Origin: Bacteroidota bacterium
GTDB lineage: Bacteria; Bacteroidota; Ignavibacteria; Kapaibacteriales; HRBIN21
Length of the DNA stretch: 64,000 nucleotides
NCBI GenBank assembly: GCA_030550395.1
Contig: JAUQPL010000006.1
Span: 4,624-68,623, forward strand
Direction: 5' to 3'
The notes under the pieces were generated by a model. It saw nothing but the letters and a program-made list of their open reading frames with translations. It did not search any database and had not been told where the DNA came from. This document shows positions 1 to 7,531 of the stretch, in pieces (positions within the stretch are counted from its first letter, which is position 1; each line of letters begins with the position of its first letter). The position numbers and the translations under genes were made by a program.

Positions 1-15
1 CGGGACTCAGCGTGG

Positions 16-993
16 GTGCGGGGGCTTGTGGCTATGGTTCCAATTCAAGTTGTCCGATGTCAGCTCCAGCTCCAGCTTGGGCAGGAGGTAAAGCGGCAGG
101 AGCTCACGATGTCCACAGCCCCTGGGGTGATGCGATGGAGCTCCCCGCTGGTTGCGATGCCGGGAGGGGATACCGTAGTGGTACCCTTTGTTTTAGGTTC
201 CGCACTTCCGTTTGGCTCCCTTGCGGCTCGCTTTGTGTTCTGGGATGCGCGGATAGAGCTGGGAAAGCCCTATAGCTATCGCTGTCGTCAGCTCCCTGCG
301 GCGGAGGGAGAGCGATGGTGGGATAGTGTTCCGGAGCTGCGGGGCGAGATCTTCGCTTATCGCTGCGGGCAGCTACGGATACACCGTCTTCCCTCAGGCT
401 TTCCTGCTTTCCGGTTTGAGCCTGGTCCTGTTTGCGGATGGATAGAGCTGGAGCTGCCGATGGCGATGGCTGTGCCGGGACGCTATGAGCTGACTCTGCT
501 TCGCGCCGATACCGTGCCGAAGGATACCCTACGCTGGAACTTTCGCATCCTTTGGGCAACGATGCCGGCTTCGCTCCGCCACATTCCGTATGCTGTTCAA
601 AGCATGCGATACCTGCTGACCGACGAGGAATGGGAACGGCTGCGGAGGGGTTCGTCGCACGAACAATGGGACAAACTCTGGCGTTATTGGAAGCAGCGTG
701 ATCCAACGCCTACGACGGCTTACAACGAAGCTATGGCGGTGTATTTCCGCCGGGTGGACCATGCTTATTTTGCTTTTCAGTCGGTGACCGAACCTGATGG
801 GGCGCAGACGGACCGGGGAAAGGTGTATATCCTGTATGGGGAGCCAAGTCGGGTTGAGCGTGATTTCCCACGCGATGATGCTCCGCGGGAGGTGTGGATT
901 TATGACCGTTTCCGCAAGAGGTTCCTCTTTGAACTCCGCCCCGATGGACGTTGGCGGTTGGTCAAGGTTGAGTGGGACGAGCCTAGGCGTTGA
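16..993 (+). CDS. GWxTD-domain protein; frame is open to the window start, so possibly 5'-partial
   Basis: C-terminal region ...DGAQTDRGKVYILYGEPSRVERDFP...EVWIYD... resembles the GWxTD(RG) family of the Bacteroidota/FCB group. The reading frame has no stop between position 1 and 16, so the true start may lie upstream of the window. Confidence 0.55.
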   Translation: MRGLVAMVPIQVVRCQLQLQLGQEVKRQELTMSTAPGVMRWSSPLVAMPGGDTVVVPFVLGSALPFGSLAARFVFWDARIELGKPYSYRCRQLPAAEGERWWDSVPELRGEIFAYRCGQLRIHRLPSGFPAFRFEPGPVCGWIELELPMAMAVPGRYELTLLRADTVPKDTLRWNFRILWATMPASLRHIPYAVQSMRYLLTDEEWERLRRGSSHEQWDKLWRYWKQRDPTPTTAYNEAMAVYFRRVDHAYFAFQSVTEPDGAQTDRGKVYILYGEPSRVERDFPRDDAPREVWIYDRFRKRFLFELRPDGRWRLVKVEWDEPRR

Positions 994-2126
994 GTATGGC
1001 GGTTCGGATCGTACCCCTTAGTGCGGACCATCCTCGGCAACGTCGTGCCTTCATTCGTCTTCAGTGGCGCTTCTATCGGGACGACCCCCTATGGGTCCCT
1101 CCGTTGCGGGCAGAGGTGGACCGGCTTTTAGACCCACGGCGGAATCCTTTCTTCCATCATGCCCGTATTCGCCTCTTCGTTGCTGAACGGGCGGGAGAGT
1201 TGGTCGGACGGATTGCTGCCATTGTCAATGAGCTCCACAATCAGACGCACCACGATGCGGTTGGATTCTTCGGCTTCTTTGAATCTATACCGGACGACTC
1301 CGTTGCACGTGCACTGGTCCACGCTGCGGGGGCATGGTTGCGGGAGCAGGGGCGTACCCATATTCGGGGTCCTGTAAACCCTTCTATGAACGACGAGTGT
1401 GGGCTGCTGGTGGAGGGCTTTGACCGTCCGCCAGTCATTATGATGCCGTACAATCCTCCGTACTACGCTGAGCTGCTGCAAGCGTGTGGTTTTCAAAAGG
1501 CGAAGGATTTGTTAGCATACTGGCTAACAGAGCAATTTCTGTCGCCGAAGCTCCAGCGGGGGCAAGAGCTGGTGCGCCAACGGTTTGGAATCCGTATCCG
1601 CGGGATGGATTTTCGGAACCGCAAGCTCTTTCAGGAAGATGTGGAGTGCATCAAGGCAATCTACAACCAGGCGTGGGAGCCGAATTGGGGCTTTGTGCGT
1701 TTGACGGATGCGGAAATGGATGCCTTGGTTGCGGGATTCAAGCAGATTGCCGATCCGGAGTTGGCAATCTTCGCCTTCCGCGGCGAGGAACCCATTGGTT
1801 TTGCATTAGCCGTGCCTGATATCAATCAGGTGTTGCGCTTCAACCGCTCAGGGAGTACACTGGGGGCACTTTGGCACTTTGTCACGAAGCGCCATCGGAT
1901 TGACACGATGCGGATCCTTATTCTAGGGATCTTGCCCAAGTACCAGCACATCGGTGCTGATGCTGTGCTCTACTATGAACTGGGGGTCCGAGGTCTCAGG
2001 AAGGGCTTCCGCTATGCGGAGGCAAGTTGGGTGCTGGAAGACAACTGGGCAATGCGCAACCCTTTGGAGAAGATGCTGGGGGCGCAGTTGTACAAGCGGT
2101 ATCGTATCTACGAGATGGCGCTGTAG
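990..2126 (+). CDS. FemAB-like/GNAT-fold N-acyltransferase family protein (COG3146-like)
   Basis: 378 aa; N-terminus MSMAVRIVPLSADHPRQRRAFIRLQWRFYRDDPLWVPPL and overall length are typical of the uncharacterised N-acyltransferase family of about 380 aa. The start overlaps the upstream stop by 4 nt. Confidence 0.45.
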   Translation: MSMAVRIVPLSADHPRQRRAFIRLQWRFYRDDPLWVPPLRAEVDRLLDPRRNPFFHHARIRLFVAERAGELVGRIAAIVNELHNQTHHDAVGFFGFFESIPDDSVARALVHAAGAWLREQGRTHIRGPVNPSMNDECGLLVEGFDRPPVIMMPYNPPYYAELLQACGFQKAKDLLAYWLTEQFLSPKLQRGQELVRQRFGIRIRGMDFRNRKLFQEDVECIKAIYNQAWEPNWGFVRLTDAEMDALVAGFKQIADPELAIFAFRGEEPIGFALAVPDINQVLRFNRSGSTLGALWHFVTKRHRIDTMRILILGILPKYQHIGADAVLYYELGVRGLRKGFRYAEASWVLEDNWAMRNPLEKMLGAQLYKRYRIYEMAL

Positions 2127-2157
2127 TTGAGGCTTGGGCTCTGATGGGGTTCCGGAC

Positions 2158-3468
2158 TTACGGTTCGGGTGGGAAGAGTTGACGCCCGCGGACGAAGACC
2201 CTTTGGATGGCTGCTGGCGTTGCGGTGTAGAGAAGGCGCATCAGTAAGCTTTCTGGGTCTGTCCGCAAGGGGTGCTGAGGTTCTAAGGTAGCAAGGTCCA
2301 TGACGATGAAGTCAGCGTCTTTGCCAGACTCAAAGCTGCCGATGGAACTATCTAAACCCAGGGCTTGGGCTCCTCCGAGAGTAGCAAGCCAGAGGGCTTC
2401 CTCGGGGCTGATTTCTGTCGGGGTTTCTTCGGGAGCTATAAAGCTTCGCAACTTTGCCATTTCTCGGGCGTAACGGGCCTCTTCGAGGATGAAGGGAGAA
2501 TATCCCGCGCCGATATCGCTTCCGAGTCCAATGCGGAGGCCGAGATCCAGGTAACACCGCAGAGGCATGATTCCGCTGCGGAGAAAGACGTTGGAGCGTG
2601 GGCAGTGGGCGATGGCACATCCGGCAGAGCGCAGTTGTGCTTGCTCCGAGGGGGAAAGGTAGAGGCAGTGCGCCAAGATGGTTCGTGATGTCAGCAAGCC
2701 AGCGGCATCGTAGATGGCAGTGTAGGTAGGAAAGTGGGGAAATTGTCCGGCAATCCAGCGTATCTCAGGCAGGCTCTCTGCCAAGTGCGTTTGCACTGGG
2801 AGCTCATACCGGTGGGCGATATCGGCACAAAGTCGGAGTAGCTCCAAAGAGCAGCTGCCAGCAAAGCGTGGGGAGACGGCATATAGAAGGCGCCCATAGT
2901 CATAGCCATGCCACTGGGCAAGGAGCTTTTCCAGCGCCTGGGGAGCATCTTCCGTGCGAATCCGAAGCTCCGGAGGCACGTTGGTATCCATGAGCGTTTG
3001 TCCCATGAGCACGCGTAGCCCTATCCGGGCAGCTGCGGCGAAGGCTTGCGAAGTTGCCTCAGCAAAGGGAGGCCCGAAGACCATAAGGGTAGTTGTCCCA
3101 CACCGAAGTGCAGCTTGGAAGAAAAGCTCCGCTTGCTGTTCGGCAAACTCTGGGTCTGCAAACCGTGCTTCCAAAGGGAAGATGAGGGTGTGCAACCATG
3201 GGAGGAGTTCTCCGGAATCAATGGCTATGGCTTGGTATTGGGGCAAGTGCGTGTGGACATCCACAAAGCCTGGTAGGAGGAGGCTTCGGGGACCGAAATC
3301 ACGAACTATCGCATGGGGGAAGCGCTGCTGGAGTTGTGTGGCCTCTCCCAGCGCTTGAATACGCCCTGCAGAATCTACGGTGAGAGCGCCGTCGTAGATA
3401 CAAGTGACCCGACGCTCTCTGGTAGGGTTAAGAATGTATCGAGCTCGGTACAGAACCGGATGCCCCAT
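2158..3468 (-). CDS. amidohydrolase, guanine deaminase-like
   Basis: Metal-binding GFVDVHTHLPQ (HxHxxQ) and the HLAES motif (QTHLAESLPE) are characteristic of the guanine/cytosine deaminase-chlorohydrolase subgroup. The first ATG is at 3468 (MGHPV...); the track's 3501 start is a TTG. Confidence 0.6.
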   Translation of the reverse strand: MGHPVLYRARYILNPTRERRVTCIYDGALTVDSAGRIQALGEATQLQQRFPHAIVRDFGPRSLLLPGFVDVHTHLPQYQAIAIDSGELLPWLHTLIFPLEARFADPEFAEQQAELFFQAALRCGTTTLMVFGPPFAEATSQAFAAAARIGLRVLMGQTLMDTNVPPELRIRTEDAPQALEKLLAQWHGYDYGRLLYAVSPRFAGSCSLELLRLCADIAHRYELPVQTHLAESLPEIRWIAGQFPHFPTYTAIYDAAGLLTSRTILAHCLYLSPSEQAQLRSAGCAIAHCPRSNVFLRSGIMPLRCYLDLGLRIGLGSDIGAGYSPFILEEARYAREMAKLRSFIAPEETPTEISPEEALWLATLGGAQALGLDSSIGSFESGKDADFIVMDLATLEPQHPLRTDPESLLMRLLYTATPAAIQRVFVRGRQLFPPEP

Positions 3469-3922
3469 AGGTTTGGGGTTCGTCGGCAGTGGCGCTGACA
3501 ATGACGGTTTTCAAAAGTTCAAGGCTTGCTTCGGCAGGAAGCACCGCAGAGGAGACAGGCAGTGGGGTTGTGTCCGACGAGGCAATTGACCAAGACCCCA
3601 GCTTCGGAGAAACATTGTGCCTCAGGAGCCAGCAAGGGAACGTGCTGGGAATGCTACTTTCAAGCGAGCAGCTACAGCCCAGATACAGCGGAGTTCTGTC
3701 CAGCGAGAACATCCGTTGCTGAGCTGACGACGGCTGGGGTGAGAGCGTTGCAGATTGTCGGTAAAGGAAATTTGGAATGCGATAGCCCCCATTCCCGTCA
3801 ATGTTGTAGCTCAATCCTGCAGCGGTTAGTTGCCGGGCAACGCGTAGGTCTGTAGAACCCAGAACCTGTGCCCATGCAGTAGAGGAGAGGAGCCCGAGAA
3901 CAAAGCAACACGGGAGAAGCAT
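3428..3922 (-). CDS. hypothetical small secreted protein (signal peptide, then S/P-rich tail)
   Basis: The first ATG gives MLLPCCFVLGLLSSTAWAQ (signal-peptide-like) and begins 53 nt downstream of the Cyc2-like gene on the same strand. The C-terminal half is low complexity and overlaps the guaD-like start by about 40 nt, so it is weakly supported. Confidence 0.25.
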   Translation of the reverse strand: MLLPCCFVLGLLSSTAWAQVLGSTDLRVARQLTAAGLSYNIDGNGGYRIPNFLYRQSATLSPQPSSAQQRMFSLDRTPLYLGCSCSLESSIPSTFPCWLLRHNVSPKLGSWSIASSDTTPLPVSSAVLPAEASLELLKTVIVSATADEPQTYGASGSVPSSIHS

Positions 3923-3974
3923 GGCAATCTCTATCAAGACCCAACAGAAAGCGCCGTGCTTGGCCTTGTTTTGC

Positions 3975-5069
3975 TCAGTAAGCGAAGTCTACCCCCACAG
4001 TCAGCCGCGTGAGAGGATTGTGGAATTGGCGTTCTATTTCTGCCAACAGACGCACGTTCCGGTAAGGGTAGTAGCTGTATTGTAGTGCTGCTGACCGATG
4101 GCGGAGGGATTGGTAAATGGAACCGTCGGGAGCATGGATTAGGTTAGCAAGGAAGGCGATGGCGTGCGGGAAGTCTATGTACTCTATCCCCAGGAAGCCT
4201 CCGTACAGGGTATGGCTTCGGGAATTGTCGTATCCGTAGAGGGCTTGGAAGAAGAGCTCTGTGTTATCCCAGAAGTTCCACCGCCAGTCTAACCCGATCC
4301 GGTAGCCGCGGATAATCCTGCCGGCCGTGTCAGGCACTTCTCCATAGAGACCAAACACCCCCAATTGGAGGGGAAGGGCAATGTGGCCGAAGAGGACCTT
4401 ACGGTTGTCGGCGTCGGCGTCTTCACCGATGTACTCTCCTATGCCATTTCCGTTGACAATGCCCAAAGCAAGGTCCCATGGAAGGCTGAGGATGAGTCCC
4501 CTCTGATACGTGAGGGGGAAGCGTCCGACTTTATAGATGAGGTAGTCGCTCCGGGTCAGTCGGAGCTCACGGGGGAACATGAGGTCGCAGAGTTGGAATT
4601 GCCCAATCTGCAGTCCCCAACCTGCCCACGGGTGGAGGTGGACCCAGGCATCTTCGAAAAAGGGAGCCTCACCCTTTTCAAAGATGACGTAGGCGTAGAA
4701 AGAAACCTGAGGTCCCAGGGCTCCCCCGGTCAGCAATTTGACTGCCCAAGGGGCTTTGAAATCTTGACGCCATTGGCGATTCTGGGTTCGGAGCTCCAAC
4801 CATTGCTGGAACCGAGCAGCCAGAGGTACTCGGTCAAAGAGATTCAGTTGGTCGTCACCTGTATTGGGTACGTACGCCTTTTCTTGCATGCCCTCAAAGA
4901 TGTAGCCGCCGGCGGAGAATTGTTGCCCGAAGGCGTTGAGTTTTGGGAAGGCAACGTGGCAAGTTGCACAAGATAATCCGTACTGGCGGGCAAAGGCGGG
5001 GATAGCATCAGCAGAGGGAGGCAGGAGAAGGCAAAGGCATACACTGAGCAGGGAAAGAGCCAAAGTCAT
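3975..5069 (-). CDS. Cyc2-like fused monoheme cytochrome c / outer-membrane beta-barrel (candidate Fe(II) oxidase or extracellular electron-transfer porin)
   Basis: Signal peptide MTLALSLLSVCLCLLLPPSADA, then AFARQYGLSCATCHVAFPKLNAFGQQF with a single CXXCH at the mature N-terminus. The rest is amphipathic and Gly/aromatic-rich and ends ...LTVGVDFAY (aromatic C-terminus typical of OM beta-barrels). A strong SD (GGAGGAG, 5-nt spacer) precedes the ATG at 5069. Confidence 0.55.
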   Translation of the reverse strand: MTLALSLLSVCLCLLLPPSADAIPAFARQYGLSCATCHVAFPKLNAFGQQFSAGGYIFEGMQEKAYVPNTGDDQLNLFDRVPLAARFQQWLELRTQNRQWRQDFKAPWAVKLLTGGALGPQVSFYAYVIFEKGEAPFFEDAWVHLHPWAGWGLQIGQFQLCDLMFPRELRLTRSDYLIYKVGRFPLTYQRGLILSLPWDLALGIVNGNGIGEYIGEDADADNRKVLFGHIALPLQLGVFGLYGEVPDTAGRIIRGYRIGLDWRWNFWDNTELFFQALYGYDNSRSHTLYGGFLGIEYIDFPHAIAFLANLIHAPDGSIYQSLRHRSAALQYSYYPYRNVRLLAEIERQFHNPLTRLTVGVDFAY

Positions 5070-5095
5070 GGTGTCTCCTCCAGCTCGATGGGACT

Positions 5096-6586
5096 TTATT
5101 GGATAACGGAAACCTCAACCCTTCGGTTCTGGGCGCGTGCTTCCTCAGAGGTACCCGGCACTAATGGGCGCCGGCGTCCCCATCCCTTTGTCTCAATGCG
5201 TCGGGATTCAATCCCATTACGCACCAAGTACTCTTTGACTGCATCGGCACGGCGTTGGGAGAGCCGGTCGTTGTAAGCGTCGGTGCCGACGTCATCGGTA
5301 TGCCCCTCAATGAGGATGCGTACGGAGGGATATGCTTTGAGGAAGTCTACCAACCGTTCCAGGTCGGGTATAGACTCTTCTTTCAGCTCAGCTTTGTCAA
5401 AGTCAAAGAAGACCAGGAGGCGAGTCCGACCGTGCTCTGCAGGAGTGAGGCGGATATCCTTCGTGATAGGGTTCTCCGTTATATTGCGCCCGACCTCAAA
5501 GCGTTCGCTGTAGAAGAGATAGCCCTCACGGGAGGCGGTCACAGAGTACGTCCGTCCAGCGGGGAGAGCAACGTAGTACTCACCTGTTTCTTCGTCGCTA
5601 TAAAGTTCGGCGATTTTCCGGCGCGTCCGGAGGTCAGTAATTGTAATGACAGCTCCCAGGGGACGCTCTGTATCGGCATCGCGGACAGTGCCTTGGACCA
5701 TTAGAACCGGTTCCGGAGGATTGGGGTTAGGAACGACGAGAAAGACGTCGAGGTCACCATCTGCTGTGGTGCGGCTCAAAAGAGCAGCGTTGCGGTCCGG
5801 TAGGGGAACGTAGAAGTATTCATCGGCGGCTGTGTTAATAGGAGAGGCTAACTTTTGGGGGCGCTCGAACCGGCCGTCAGCCCCCATACGACTGACGAAG
5901 ATGTCGAAGTTTCCATCCCGATTGGAAGCAAAATAGAGTGTCTTGCCATCGGCGGCCAGGACAGGCGCCATATCGTCGGCGTCAGAGTTGAGGGTTCGGA
6001 GCTCTATTGGAGTAGACCAACGATTTCCTTCACGACGGCACATCCATAAGTCTGTGCCTCCTGAGCCTCCGGGGCGGTCGGAAGCGAAGACGAGAAGTGT
6101 CCCATCGGCAGCAATACAGGGCTGGGAGTCCCAATAGGAGGAATTGACGGCTGGGCCAAGATTTTCTACTCGGGACCAGCGGTCGCCGGAGCGCCGCGCA
6201 AGGTATAGGTCGGTGCGTCCACTACCTCCGAGCTCATGCTGGAAGGCTGCAAAGAGCATCAAGTTCCCGTCCACAGTAAGGCTTGCGCTGCCTACGTGGG
6301 TGGCGTCCGCAATGGTGCCAGAGATACGCTCTGGAGCATGCCAGCGGTCACCATGACGTTCCACGCGGTAGAGGCGCTGGCGCCCTCCTGCACGACTGGA
6401 GGTGAGGAATACCTCCCGCCCGCCGCGGCTGACGCTGGTGACGAAGTCATCACCGGAAGAATTCAGCTCGGGCAAAGGGGTAACCTGAATTGCTGTTCCG
6501 GTCGGACGCACTTGAGTTTGGGCCCAGGTCGGGGAAGCTATAGTGGCTGCAAGCAGAGCGAGGACAGGGGCAACAGCGGTGTACAT
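5096..6586 (-). CDS. OmpA-family outer-membrane protein with PD40/TolB-like beta-propeller repeats and a CarboxypepD_reg-like domain
   Basis: Repeated ...FASDRPGGSGGTDLW.../...YFASNRDGNFDIFVS... (PD40 repeats) and a C-terminal OmpA_C domain ...ILIEGHTDDVGTDAYNDRLSQRRADAVKEYL...RRVEVSVIQ. The start is refined to the ATG at 6586 (MYTAVAPVLALLAATIASPTWAQ signal peptide), which has a GGAGG SD upstream. Confidence 0.8.
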   Translation of the reverse strand: MYTAVAPVLALLAATIASPTWAQTQVRPTGTAIQVTPLPELNSSGDDFVTSVSRGGREVFLTSSRAGGRQRLYRVERHGDRWHAPERISGTIADATHVGSASLTVDGNLMLFAAFQHELGGSGRTDLYLARRSGDRWSRVENLGPAVNSSYWDSQPCIAADGTLLVFASDRPGGSGGTDLWMCRREGNRWSTPIELRTLNSDADDMAPVLAADGKTLYFASNRDGNFDIFVSRMGADGRFERPQKLASPINTAADEYFYVPLPDRNAALLSRTTADGDLDVFLVVPNPNPPEPVLMVQGTVRDADTERPLGAVITITDLRTRRKIAELYSDEETGEYYVALPAGRTYSVTASREGYLFYSERFEVGRNITENPITKDIRLTPAEHGRTRLLVFFDFDKAELKEESIPDLERLVDFLKAYPSVRILIEGHTDDVGTDAYNDRLSQRRADAVKEYLVRNGIESRRIETKGWGRRRPLVPGTSEEARAQNRRVEVSVIQ

Positions 6587-6599
6587 GGCTGCCTCCGAA

Positions 6600-7463
6600 C
6601 TACAAATCAAACCAGAGTCCCAAGAGGAGCTGTATGGAATGCTGTGATGCATTGCGTAGCCGAACGTTGTACAGCCCTTCAGAGAACCATTTCCACCCGT
6701 CGCTGCTTTCCATGTCTTCGCGGAAAGAGGAGAGGAGTTGGAGCTGGAGCCGTGGGACAAGCCATAGTTTGGGGTTTAGTGGTATTGCATAGCCAGCCCC
6801 TAATTCCGCACCGATGCGGGAGCTTTTCATAGGAGGGGAGTTGATTTCTAGTTCAACCTCCAGCTGCCGGTATAGCCGATTATCCTCTGGGTTGAGGAAT
6901 CCGCAGTTGCTGGTCTCTGGGACAGAGTACTTTGTCTTTTGCCGATTACTTCGGTGAAAGTGGGCGACAATGCCAGCGGTGAGCCAAAGCTGGGCAGAGA
7001 CGTTGTAGCGTATTCCTGCCCCAGCGGTAAGGTAGTTCGTTGTGAAGGTCCAATCTACAGAAACCGGCACTGTGGTGATGATGGTAGGGTCATAGAGATT
7101 CTGACAGTCTGCTTCAGCCGTGCCGGAGTGCCCCACAGTTTTGACGTCGTACCCTACGTGCAGTCGGAGCCCGAGGTTGGGGGTGAGACCAATGTCGGCA
7201 AGGATGCGGACGGCAGGCGAGAGCCCGTTACCGCTTTTGAACAGCTGCGGGGGGGTATTGGTCGGTGCAGGGGTGGGTTGGTACTGTAGGCTTTGTGAGG
7301 CGGTGTTCCAATTTACTCCTCCTTCAATACCGAGCATGATGGGTAGTGGGCGTTCTCTTACCGGCGCGAAGGCTGGGGCACCGCGGGGACGTAGAATGTC
7401 CTCTTGGGCAATGGCGGGGAGGGTCAACAGGAGGAGACCGAGCACCGTACTCCGGGAACGCAT
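6600..7463 (-). CDS. outer-membrane beta-barrel protein (small OMP)
   Basis: Signal peptide MRSRSTVLGLLLLTLPAIAQ, alternating hydrophobic pattern and C-terminal ...LLLGLWFDL. It lies 13 nt upstream of the PD40/OmpA gene on the same strand. Confidence 0.5.
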   Translation of the reverse strand: MRSRSTVLGLLLLTLPAIAQEDILRPRGAPAFAPVRERPLPIMLGIEGGVNWNTASQSLQYQPTPAPTNTPPQLFKSGNGLSPAVRILADIGLTPNLGLRLHVGYDVKTVGHSGTAEADCQNLYDPTIITTVPVSVDWTFTTNYLTAGAGIRYNVSAQLWLTAGIVAHFHRSNRQKTKYSVPETSNCGFLNPEDNRLYRQLEVELEINSPPMKSSRIGAELGAGYAIPLNPKLWLVPRLQLQLLSSFREDMESSDGWKWFSEGLYNVRLRNASQHSIQLLLGLWFDL

Positions 7464-7531
7464 AGTAACCTCACGAATGGCTTAACAAGCGGCTTCAAAA
7501 TTACTGCGGAAGGATCAGCCGAGGCAGTAGA

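Noticed and set aside
104-706. 200-aa minus-strand ORF, plus similar long antisense ORFs at 6236..6832, 8458..8913, 19752..20828, 25245..25711, 30814..31371 and 55625..56344
   Set aside because: All lie fully inside well-supported genes on the opposite strand. They are Arg/Pro/Ser-rich with no recognisable motifs, and are typical stop-codon-poor antisense frames of a ~60% GC genome.
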